A stretch of 64,000 nt of DNA from a virus. The notes under the pieces are model-generated. The model worked only from the letters and a program-made list of their open reading frames with translations. It was not told the origin of the DNA and ran no database searches. Within the stretch, counting starts at the first letter, position 1; the number at the start of each line of letters is the position of its first letter. The position numbers and the translations under genes were made by a program. Location: IMG/VR virus record IMGVR_UViG_3300034683_000333; one strand, 5' to 3'. Shown in pieces: positions 47,332 through 56,800 of the stretch.

Positions 47332-47373
47332 AGCTTTACCAATTAAGATAACACGATTCACAGAACCAGACAT
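47311..47373 (-). pseudogene. ssb: 5' stub of a single-stranded DNA-binding protein gene
   Basis: AAGGAGG SD + MSGSVNRVILIGKAG, which resembles the SSB N-terminus (M.GSVN.VIL.G), then reads into the IS end and stops. Confidence 0.6.
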
Positions 47374-47423
47374 AAAAAATCCTCCTTGTGATAGTTAAAG
47401 TTAAAGTTAACGTTAGTATATTT

Positions 47424-47975
47424 TCAAAGTTCTATAAAATCAAGCGCCATGTTCAACAAACCACTTTTTTCATGATCTGGACCGAAAAAGTGTCCAAATG
47501 AATCCACAACCTCCCCAGTCTCTTTGTTAATGATCTTGTAATAGTAAACCTCACCACGAAGATAATAATCGTAGACTTCCACTTGGTGTTTAAGAAAGTC
47601 AGTCACACTATTAAATCCGAAAAAATGACCAACAAAATGGGATGTCTTTACATAAGCAAAACCCACCTTCAACCCCCGGAGACGATTAACATATTCTTCA
47701 GTACTTAAGATCACATCGTCTTTGCCATGATAGTAAACCGGGATATGTATAATATCATTGTCAATCAAATATTTTTCCAAACTTACCACATCTTTTTCAT
47801 ATTCTTCCATCTTCTCGTGACCAAACATATCAACAGGAGCACAACAAATGATTTTTGAACAATCATTATAATTCAGTGGATTTTGTTCATCGTCGAGCCA
47901 TTCACGTTCCGAATCGATTTCAATAATATAACTACCGTAATCAAGACTTTGTTTTTCCGGCATCATCCCCTCCAC
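47424..47975 (-). CDS. Hypothetical phage protein
   Basis: 183 aa, co-oriented, TGA stop. Confidence 0.65.
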   Translation of the reverse strand: MEGMMPEKQSLDYGSYIIEIDSEREWLDDEQNPLNYNDCSKIICCAPVDMFGHEKMEEYEKDVVSLEKYLIDNDIIHIPVYYHGKDDVILSTEEYVNRLRGLKVGFAYVKTSHFVGHFFGFNSVTDFLKHQVEVYDYYLRGEVYYYKIINKETGEVVDSFGHFFGPDHEKSGLLNMALDFIEL

Positions 47976-48108
47976 GATATGCCTCAGTTAGAATAGAAGT
48001 AATGGCTTTAACTTCGGCGTTCACCTCATCTCTCAATCGTTTAAACTGTTCCTCAATTTTCTCCATCTTCGATAACTTTAGCTCAATATTCTTCAATCGA
48101 TCCAAAAT

Positions 48109-48357
48109 TCACAATGTCGGTTCGGTTTGTCGCTCCAGCCATTGGTTATGTTCATTTACCACAGCATCGGCCAATTCTTCATTAAAAAATCTTTCGTTAG
48201 ACCAATATACATTCTCGTCAGGACCTTCAATCCACCCCCATAAGTAACCGTTGGTAGTTGTATGACAATTTGTTTTAACCGTCCATGGTACACCGTTATG
48301 CTTAATCTCTAGTTTGCCACAACGAATGGTTCCGTATTCTGTAGTATAAGGTTTCAT
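48109..48357 (-). CDS. Hypothetical protein
   Basis: AGGAG SD. Confidence 0.55.
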   Translation of the reverse strand: MKPYTTEYGTIRCGKLEIKHNGVPWTVKTNCHTTTNGYLWGWIEGPDENVYWSNERFFNEELADAVVNEHNQWLERQTEPTL

Positions 48358-48563
48358 GTCTCATTCTCCTATTCTTCAAAAAACAATGTAAGTCAACAAC
48401 CAGTGCGTTTGAGCGTATTTTACATAGTTCACAACCTCCTTTTCTACTCATATAGAATTTGCAGAAACCGTTGATCCACCATACCACAAACAAGCCAATT
48501 TGTTAAGTAATCTTTTCATTATTGCAAAATGAGTGCTGAAATGATATCATATATAAAATTCAA

Positions 48564-48776
48564 ATGAAAGGAGAATGTCTCATGGTAAAAATCTACGGTG
48601 TCAGGGAAAAGGGGGAAGAACAGTACAATGTCACAACATCAGAAAGGGAATTTCACAATCTCATTGATCATTATGAGATCAACTCACTATCACAACTGGT
48701 AAGACTGGATGTAATCATTTTGAAATTGGAAAATACTTCATACGAAGAGCTTGTCAAACAACTTAAAGACCTTTAA
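48564..48776 (+). CDS. Hypothetical protein
   Basis: AAGGAG SD (ATG near 48582); hairpin at about 48792-48815 downstream. Confidence 0.55.
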   Translation: MKGECLMVKIYGVREKGEEQYNVTTSEREFHNLIDHYEINSLSQLVRLDVIILKLENTSYEELVKQLKDL

Positions 48777-48875
48777 AATACCAATCAAAACCTGGATCAA
48801 GCATCCGGGTTTTTTAATTTCACCTCAATGATGTTAAAAAACGATGAAAAAACACATTTTTTTTAAAAAAAATGC

Positions 48876-48904
48876 TTGACGATCATTTTGCTATTTGTTA
48901 TTGT
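48876..48904 (+). promoter_or_regulatory. sigma70-type promoter
   Basis: TTGACG-17 nt-(TGn)TATTGT upstream of ATG 48958. Confidence 0.65.
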
Positions 48905-48957
48905 GCAATCAAACGATGGGGTTGGTAAACGAAGAATCCAAACAAAGGAGAATCATC

Positions 48958-50316
48958 ATGTATAAGAATCAGGTTGCCATTCCCGAAAATTATTTCTATG
49001 AGATGAGCAAAAAGGACTACAGCAACATGCACGAAGCTGTAATCCGTGAGTTCTTCCAAAACAGTGTGGATGCCGGAGCCAAAAATTTCATCATCTGCTT
49101 CGATCAGGAAAATCATGAAATCATGTTCATTGACGATGGTACGGGAATGGACGAGGATACCATCCTGAACAAGCTTCTTGTCATGGGTGGAAGCGGCAAG
49201 GTTGGTGGTGAAACTGTTGGTGCTTTCGGTCACGCCAAAATTTTGATTTATTTTTCCTGGTTGGAATATGAAATCCGAACGAGGGATATTGTTGTTCGTG
49301 GGAAGAGCAACATGTATTCCGTTGAAAAGTCAGATCTCGAATATGTTAATGGGTGTGTAAGTACCATTAAAGTAAACGAAGAAGATTTTCAAAAGATCAA
49401 AACCTTTTCTGATTATTATTTCAACTATTGCAACACAAACACAAATGTTTATGTCGTAACATTTACGGGTACATATTCTTATGTTAACAAAAAGGAACAA
49501 TGCCTAAAAGAAAGAAAACTTATCAGCAAAACAAAATACTTTGATATATACATTGGAACAGAGTTTAAAGATAGCTATGATAACCGACAGATCTATGTTC
49601 GGACGAACGGTATTCATATGTTCAAATCTTATAATGGTTCACTGAGCGCTCCCATCATCGTCAACGCTAGGGGTGTGGCCTATGAAGTGTATAATCAAAA
49701 TAGGGATAGTCTGAAACAAGAAGCACAACTTGACATGAACAACCTTCAAAATATTCTATCCGTCGATTCCGTAAGTACAGTTGCAAATTTCTTTAATATA
49801 AGTAAGCAAGAAAGTGAGAAAAAGACAAAAAAAGTGATTGATCGCATGGAGCTTCAATACTACACAAGTCAGAACGTCGGGACAATCCCATTTTATGGTT
49901 GTGTCCCGAGTAAAATGAAAAACACCATGAAGCTCAAGCGCTACATTCGTCTTTATATGTTTGCAGAAACTCTTCTTGAAAACTACTACAACAGCTTAAA
50001 CAAACCGGCTCCAAAACTCGGTGTGGTGTTTTCCAATGAAATATTGGGCGTGGTGAGAAAGGATGAAAACGACGAACCCGTTGTGTGTATCAATTTGGAA
50101 AAAATCGGATCTCATGCTCCTAATAAAAAACTCATGGTCTTTCACCTTATTGAAGTGTTGACACATGAGATTGCTCACGTGGAAACAATTAAGAGATCCA
50201 ATTATTATGGATATCATAATGAAGAGTTCGTGCTTATGTTTCACACTGTAAGGGAATTTTTTTGGGATTTCGATGAACTGGTAAAAGAATTTAAAAAAAT
50301 ATGGAAAAGCATTTAG
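48958..50316 (+). CDS. GHKL (Hsp90/MORC-like) ATPase fused to a C-terminal HExxH zinc-peptidase-like domain; ends in TAG
   Basis: IREFFQNSVDA, IDDGTGM, GGSGK…GAFGHA; C-terminal VLTHEIAHVE…HNEEF; AAGGAG SD at ATG 48958. Confidence 0.8.
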   Translation: MYKNQVAIPENYFYEMSKKDYSNMHEAVIREFFQNSVDAGAKNFIICFDQENHEIMFIDDGTGMDEDTILNKLLVMGGSGKVGGETVGAFGHAKILIYFSWLEYEIRTRDIVVRGKSNMYSVEKSDLEYVNGCVSTIKVNEEDFQKIKTFSDYYFNYCNTNTNVYVVTFTGTYSYVNKKEQCLKERKLISKTKYFDIYIGTEFKDSYDNRQIYVRTNGIHMFKSYNGSLSAPIIVNARGVAYEVYNQNRDSLKQEAQLDMNNLQNILSVDSVSTVANFFNISKQESEKKTKKVIDRMELQYYTSQNVGTIPFYGCVPSKMKNTMKLKRYIRLYMFAETLLENYYNSLNKPAPKLGVVFSNEILGVVRKDENDEPVVCINLEKIGSHAPNKKLMVFHLIEVLTHEIAHVETIKRSNYYGYHNEEFVLMFHTVREFFWDFDELVKEFKKIWKSI

Positions 50317-50354
50317 AAAAAAAAAAGTGCCACCAATTGGTGGCACGTTTTTTA
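50317..50354. terminator. Bidirectional terminator
   Basis: 10-A run, stem GTGCCACCA/TGGTGGCAC, T-run. Confidence 0.8.
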
Positions 50355-50359
50355 TATCA

Positions 50360-50536
50360 TCAATCAAATCCCTTAAAATCGCTTAATTTCTCAAACTCCT
50401 CATCTGTCATTTCACCAACCCGGATGATGATTTCATCTCCGGGTTGAAGTTTTTTGAGAACCCGTTTTACATCCTGAACAGACTTTAGACCTAGGTAATT
50501 TTCATATCCAAGAGGCTTCAAAAAATAAACGATCAT
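50360..50536 (-). CDS. 58-aa small protein, third member of the EM(D/T)EEEF family
   Basis: MIVYFLKPLG…IRVGEMTDEEFEKLSDFKGFD*; below the track cutoff. Confidence 0.65.
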   Translation of the reverse strand: MIVYFLKPLGYENYLGLKSVQDVKRVLKKLQPGDEIIIRVGEMTDEEFEKLSDFKGFD

Positions 50537-50539
50537 TTG

Positions 50540-51745
50540 TTATTCCCCCTTTTTTGGTTTTTTTACTTTCTTTAAGAATTTGTTTATAACACCCGAAAAA
50601 ATACTTTGAGCACGCTTTTTAAACTACTTTGTCTTATCTGAATCAACTTCAAGTGATTCCCTGCGAACGACCGTTGACAATTGCGGTTCACGAACGAGCT
50701 TTCCAAAGCGGTACGTATCGGAAAGCCTGGCATTGATGTGCTTATTTGTAAAATATCGAAAAACATTTAAAATTCCAGCCAATGGTTTTGTATTTTGGGA
50801 AAGAATCGTTTGAACCATCACACGATCATTATCCGATAGATGAGCAAACGGAATATACAACAAGGTTTTTAAGATCTTTTGAACCTTTTCATCCTGTTTG
50901 GAAAACCACTCGTTCCAAAGATCGTTCATAACCCCATCATCGTCTCTTCCCACGGTGGCCTGACGAAACACATCGTGGGCACCCAAAGGAGACGAGATGA
51001 CCGTATTGTAGGTTCCCATGGGGGTCCAGGTTTTTGTGGCAAGGGTTCCAGCCGACACCTGCTTGGCACGCTCGGAAAGATCAGTGTTTACGACCACAAA
51101 ATCCAAGCGTCTTCCCAATGAATCGCTAGTCTTGAAGGCTCTTACCACACGAAGGGCTTCACGTTCTGGAACACCCTTTCCACGGATCTTTCCAATCACC
51201 ACGGCCTCACGCAATGATCGGAACATGCGACGGCGGTTGTTGTCATTAAAAATATCCGATAATTGCCTCGAATATTTCTTCATGCGCTTTTGAATCGAGT
51301 TTTCAATTTTTACCTACTCTTTTTCACCAATGGACGAACGATAATTTCCGATACCACCCGCCTCACGAATTCCCTTCATGAGTTTTGCAACAAAGGCACC
51401 GTCCGGTTTATTGAATCCAACATTGTTTTTGTAGATCGTTCTCATGGCAAGCTGTTCGGCATCGGTTTGAAATTCCTATAGAAACAACATTTGCTCAAAT
51501 GCATAATCTTTATCTTTTTCAATCTTTCTTCGGATATCTCTCCACGATCTTCTTGAATTGAGTAAATCTTTGTTAGAAAATTCTCCAATACCATGGGCAA
51601 CCAATTCACTTTCTTTCTAGAACTTTTTATATTCCTATCGGGAAACAACCTTACCTTTTCGTACATAATTTATACGAGTTTTAGGGTATTTCCCCTTCCT
51701 TCTACCACGAACATCCAATGCTTTCGTAAATTTAATATCATTCAT
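50540..51745 (-). CDS. Hypothetical (401 aa) protein with basic N-terminus; recoded (5 TAG)
   Basis: ATG 51745 overlaps the upstream TGA; TAGs at 51635, 51617, 51476, 51314 and 50624; TAA 50540. Confidence 0.8.
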
Positions 51746-52812
51746 CGCTTAAATCCCCGTTTTTTGTAAACAACTTCATGCCATTTTTTAAATAAATCGT
51801 AATATGTTTTAGAGACACGAAAAATCGTATCCGCCACTTTTTGCATATTAACGTTGATCTTATGTTTTATTTGTGTTTCAAAAACAATATCAATATAGTT
51901 TTTATCCGATTGCCCAAATACCCATTCACAATTGAATACATCGAATATTTTACAATTAGTCAGAAATTCCTTCACCACACGCTCAAGAAAGGCATCGTAA
52001 TTTTCACTATCTTTATATTTGAGAAGTCCTTTTTCACTGATAATATCACACGCTTTGTATCTATCGAGTGTGAGATGTCCAAATTCATGTTTATAACGAT
52101 TGAACAGACTTGTTACAAAACGTTTTGTAATTAACATGGGAGGCATGATATTATCTACCTTATCGCCCAACAACGCCTTCATAATAACATATTCTTCATA
52201 TGTTTCTACACGTAGCTTATCAACGACCATATCATAAGAACCAATAGGATAGAAATTCAAATGCATTTGTTTGTTTTTGCGAACCCGATGAAATACATTT
52301 GCATATTCCAAAAGTGCAACAAGATCGTTGTCGTGACTAAAAACAAAACAACGGGATGTATCCACACCAGAATCGACTAATTTCTTCAAGATGTATCCCA
52401 ATTGATAATCCGCTTCATTGAAAAAATACACGCCATGACCCAGATCAGTAAATATGGATTGAATAAGCGTCCGATTAATGCTATAGGGGTGCGATTTACT
52501 TAGGTTGGCTGAAACAACGGCATCTTCACGCCTTCTGATGGAATGATTTCTATTTTTCTTATACCTTGCGTTCATCATGGACACATGTTTTGGAATTCCA
52601 TTATCAATGAAAATATAAAAATTTGCCGTTGGATTTGATGCAGTGGTATTGAAATACAATTCCAATAATTTTGCCAGAGGTGTTATGTTCACACGATTCC
52701 ACATTACTAGATTATATTGTAAATAGGGGATAAGGAAAGCTCCCCCATCAACTAGAATGTGAATTTCTCCATCCTTTGGTATGTATTTTTTAACTTCTTT
52801 CATGATAAACAT
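51742..52812 (-). CDS. 5'-3' exonuclease / T4 RNase H-like (FEN-type PIN fold)
   Basis: ILVDG, FIDNG, RYKKNR, EADY, SHDNDL, LLGDKVDNI acidic motifs. Confidence 0.8.
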   Translation of the reverse strand: MFIMKEVKKYIPKDGEIHILVDGGAFLIPYLQYNLVMWNRVNITPLAKLLELYFNTTASNPTANFYIFIDNGIPKHVSMMNARYKKNRNHSIRRREDAVVSANLSKSHPYSINRTLIQSIFTDLGHGVYFFNEADYQLGYILKKLVDSGVDTSRCFVFSHDNDLVALLEYANVFHRVRKNKQMHLNFYPIGSYDMVVDKLRVETYEEYVIMKALLGDKVDNIMPPMLITKRFVTSLFNRYKHEFGHLTLDRYKACDIISEKGLLKYKDSENYDAFLERVVKEFLTNCKIFDVFNCEWVFGQSDKNYIDIVFETQIKHKINVNMQKVADTIFRVSKTYYDLFKKWHEVVYKKRGFKR

Positions 52813-52861
52813 TTTCTCCTAACAGGCTTAAATCAACAGTTTTTGTCAATAAAAATAAACT

Positions 52862-53692
52862 CTACAAATCACGTAGCACTCCACTGTTCCACAAAACGTA
52901 GTCACAAAGACGACGACACACATCCACATAACACATTTTGATTAGCTTGTCAACATCTTCGCAACCTAAACGATCTCTATATAAATCTTTAATATGATAA
53001 CAAATTATACTATCAAAATTGGTTTGATGCCTTTTGATTATGTCATCATAAAATGAGAAGATCCATCCCGATAAAATATCGTGAATACTTACGTCGGTTT
53101 TAGTATATAAACCCACAGGATTCACATGATAAAAACCAAAGAAATCATTCATACAAACAATAAGCTCAATTGTTTTATAGAATGCCAACTTATCGGCAAC
53201 GTCACTTATATATGTAAATTGAAATCCACGTTTCAACTAAAATGGTATTGATTTATATTTTGTTAATACAATTAAAAAATTGGAAAGATTTGTCTTATAC
53301 TTTTGCTCCACAACATAGAAAAACAACCACTCCACAAAATTAAGTAATATTGTGCCAAAACCATAATTTCTAAGCTCAAAATCATACACACTCATATCTA
53401 TTAAATATAGTGTCAGACAAGAAAATTGATCATGATAGAATGCTTTTGCTATTAATGAAAATAATTTATTATTTATCATAAAAGTGATAATATCATTACC
53501 ATTATCTTTTATTGAACTAAACCTGATATTTCCACATGACAAAAATAAACTGTCACAAATAGACGAAACATCACCGTATCCACATCGACGTAAATACGCA
53601 TAAACATCACTATTTGAAAGTATATTACATTTACAAAATGAATGTATACTTGAAGTTAAGTCTTTAATGTTATCGTTCTCAAAATATGTCAT
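52862..53692 (-). CDS. GNAT-fold acetyltransferase-like protein; recoded (TAG at 53237; the terminal TAG at 52862 may extend to TAA 52790)
   Basis: SVYDFELRNYGFGTILL (motif A) and IPF*LKRGF (motif B) span the TAG between track ORFs 53237 and 52862. Confidence 0.65.
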
Positions 53693-54006
53693 TTACCTGG
53701 TTTACCCCAGTAAAGGGCCTTTCTTATTTCCTTTAAGTCTGCAATAATCAAATCAACTTTATCTTCAAACCTACTCTCACGCATGAAATCTTTATGGGCA
53801 TAATCTAATAAGCTCTGAATTTTTTCATAACTAGACCTTACAAGTTTTGTATATACATCAATTTTATTTATGAAATTATCCATGTAATTACAAAATTTTT
53901 TATATAAATACTACAGCCACGCACAAATAATCACGAGAACAGCAATCGATACGGGCAGATTGTTTGTAATCAACTAATTTATTGTATTTGCTATTAAAGC
54001 GTCCAT
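53689..54006 (-). CDS. Putative holin-like protein (single N-terminal TM + coiled coil, 105 aa); recoded (2 TAG)
   Basis: GGAG SD + ATG 54006: MDALIANTIN*LITNNLPVSIAVLVIICAWL*YLYKKFCNYMDNFINKID…, in frame with track ORF 53689..53883. The holin call rests on architecture only. Confidence 0.6.
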
Positions 54007-54038
54007 TCGCCACTCCAATAGAAAGGATTCTAAACATC

Positions 54039-54662
54039 ATGAATTCCTATATCTTTTACTTCGACTATCTCTTTAAAAATTAGTTGTTTAACTATCTTCA
54101 AACTGAAGTATTAAATCTCAAACTAGTATATGATCCATATTCTGATAACACACTTAATCCATTGGATAAAACACTTACAGACGACATCAATGAAGCATCC
54201 AATGACGACTGGATCTATGTAAAAAACATCGATTTTTTCAATGCAGTAAAAACATCCTACGATTATCCGATTATCATTGTACCGGAATTCATTACATCGG
54301 CAAACACACAAAATTTTCGAATCCTCAATTATTCAATCAACATTGACTACAACCCCATTTATACACATAAGGAATCACTTGCGTTAGCCAACTCGATTTT
54401 GAACCTGTGGGATATACCATTGGATGGGACAAGATATTGTCTTATCGGAACTGAATTTAGACTATGGGACTTCTTCGATGACGATCCAGACTCCACACTT
54501 CTGGAAAATATCGGCGAACTCAAGTGCATTATGTTCACAAAACCATCCGTCAAGAAAACGCCAACCGGACAGGCAAACTATCTTAGATATGTAATTGACT
54601 TATCATTTTTATTGTTACTTAACGTGGATGCAACACTTATTGGATCGTGTATCCAAGTTTAA
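54039..54662 (+). CDS. Hypothetical (207 aa); recoded (TAG at 54081)
   Basis: AAGGA SD + ATG 54039: MNSYIFYFDYLFKN*LFNYLQ…; TAA stop. Confidence 0.75.
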
Positions 54663-54663
54663 G

Positions 54664-56085
54664 TTACAATTTTACATTATTTACAGTGAAATGAATCGTC
54701 ATGTTCGTTGCACCACCGTAAGAAGGATCTTTAGCATAATATGAAAATTGGGGGAGAAGATTTTGAGAACCCATCACATCTGATTCAAAACAAAAAATAA
54801 ATACAATCCGATTGATTTCCGACATAATCTGAAGAACTTCCAATCCACTGAATGTATGATCTAAATTCCAAATAACAGTTTTATCATTCCAGACGATTTC
54901 ACGTTGTTCGTTAAACGAAATCCTCGATACCACATCGGACAAAAGATCGAACGCAACGTTTCTCTACTTAAGGTTGGGAGAAACATGTTCCGTGCCCGAC
55001 ACCAATTTGAGAACCGATGAAAAAATTCCAATTTGGGCATTTTCCAACACCCGATGATGAACCAGTGCCACGGCCAGGCGTAACCACTGAGAAACCGTCG
55101 TCTCGTCAAAGCCGTAATGAAACGTCAAAGCGGACCACAACCAATCTCCGTAGGGAATGGGATACCCACTCAACCACTCTTCGGATCTGCTGGAAATCGT
55201 GTTGAAGACCACGAGATTTCGCCGCCCCAAAATCTGAAAGGCCATGGTTGGAACCACTACGTGGGAAGCGGGAAGAAATGAATTGCTATCAAATGTAAAA
55301 TCCCATTTTTCCAAGCCAGGAACAAACCCCGATAAACCCCTCCATTGATAGGCCAAAACATCCGTTTGGTCACCAACCGTTCTATCCAGGGTAGTAGCAT
55401 CATGGGAAATCACCCGACGAACCAGGGGGACATTCATCGTGAAATCACCCAACAATCCCGTCACATCCAACTAGATCGTGGAATCGGGTGAAAGCCAAAA
55501 GATGGTGTCATCAACGGCCTGAAAAACAAACGTGAAAAGATCCGTCCACACGGGAGCGTGGAACGTAAAATCGGATGAAGTCACATCCTCGGCAAACGAA
55601 GTAAACATATTCTTGATAATTTGTGGATTATATCGGTAATTAAAATATTTACTATCATTAAAACAGCAAAGAACACGAACCCTGTCGATATACTTAAAAA
55701 ACTTTTCCTGTAACTGATTTGTTGAACGAATTGTATCTGTCTGAGATTTAAGTTCAATCTGTCTACGAAAGCGTTTTTTACTAAATGGTATATAAATCAA
55801 AAATTCGTTGAGCTTTTCCCTTAGTTCATCAACCGATGCTGTTAAAAGTTCAGTAACATCAGAATAATATGTATTAAATCTAATCGGCTGACTCTGAATA
55901 AGAGCTTCTTCAACAGGTCGATCATCAAAAAAGACGGTCGTCCCATCGAGAACAACCGTCTCAAACAAGCGATGGCGTGAGAGTATATCCTGAAAACAAC
56001 GATCCACTAAATGTTTCCAGTTATTTTGAATCAACGACAAGTCCTAATAGATTTGTTTCTTCGATTTGAAATTTTGTAAAATCAT
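54664..56085 (-). CDS. Hypothetical (473 aa); recoded (3 TAG)
   Basis: ATG 56085; joins track ORFs 55471, 54964 and 54664; ACTAATT at 56124-56130. Confidence 0.8.
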
Positions 56086-56134
56086 GTAAATATCCCCATT
56101 TTTTATGTTTTTACATATCAAAAAATTAGTGCTT

Positions 56135-56797
56135 TTATTTTGCTACACTTGATGGAGTGGGAAGGGGATAAAGACCAAACGTAATATAAACCAATGAATC
56201 ATTCAGCGACTTAGCAACAGCCTGGATGAATACATCTTCGTTGTCACCCCCCACATGGAAATTCACAATGCGATTCTCACTCCCATAAATCCTTGCAATT
56301 TCTGGATGCACCTTCGTGGGATGAGCGACGTAACGAGTCAGAAACTCGATAGCCCGAACGAGACTTAGAAAATGCACCGTTGCATTGGAATACGTTGCCA
56401 CGGCGAAATTAAGCTTTCTGGCTGGTGTGTCCAATGGGGGTTCGTTGTAAAAAGCGAGTGGAAAACTCGCAACAATTTTATCATTGGAATTCCCAACCAC
56501 TTGAACGATTTTCTGCTTATTTTCATAACCCAAATAGAATGCATCTTCTTCCTGAATCGATCGAATAAACCTCTCGCTATAAAGCGTACTCGCCGGTGGA
56601 ATCACAATGCTGGAATTATTTAGAAACCCGACACTTCCACGATAAAACGATTTGTGCCATTCCAGCTTCAAAAACAAATCTTCACCGGGATAAACGTAAC
56701 GAAAATGATCATCCACAAGACCAATGGCGCAATGACACACACCAAAGGTCATGTGGGCATCCATCACGATTTTAGGCACATGAAATAAATATCCCAT
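56135..56797 (-). CDS. Hypothetical protein
   Basis: 220 aa, directly downstream of the nuclease gene. Confidence 0.65.
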   Translation of the reverse strand: MGYLFHVPKIVMDAHMTFGVCHCAIGLVDDHFRYVYPGEDLFLKLEWHKSFYRGSVGFLNNSSIVIPPASTLYSERFIRSIQEEDAFYLGYENKQKIVQVVGNSNDKIVASFPLAFYNEPPLDTPARKLNFAVATYSNATVHFLSLVRAIEFLTRYVAHPTKVHPEIARIYGSENRIVNFHVGGDNEDVFIQAVAKSLNDSLVYITFGLYPLPTPSSVAK

Positions 56798-56800
56798 TTT

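Noticed and set aside
9828-53239. TAG = Gln (genetic code 15), my first assumption
   Set aside because: Family-conserved positions (HT*PE, F*xKxGF, hydrophobic TM and Kelch positions) want an aromatic, and the tRNA lacks U1:A72/G73 Gln identity. Disfavoured rather than formally excluded.
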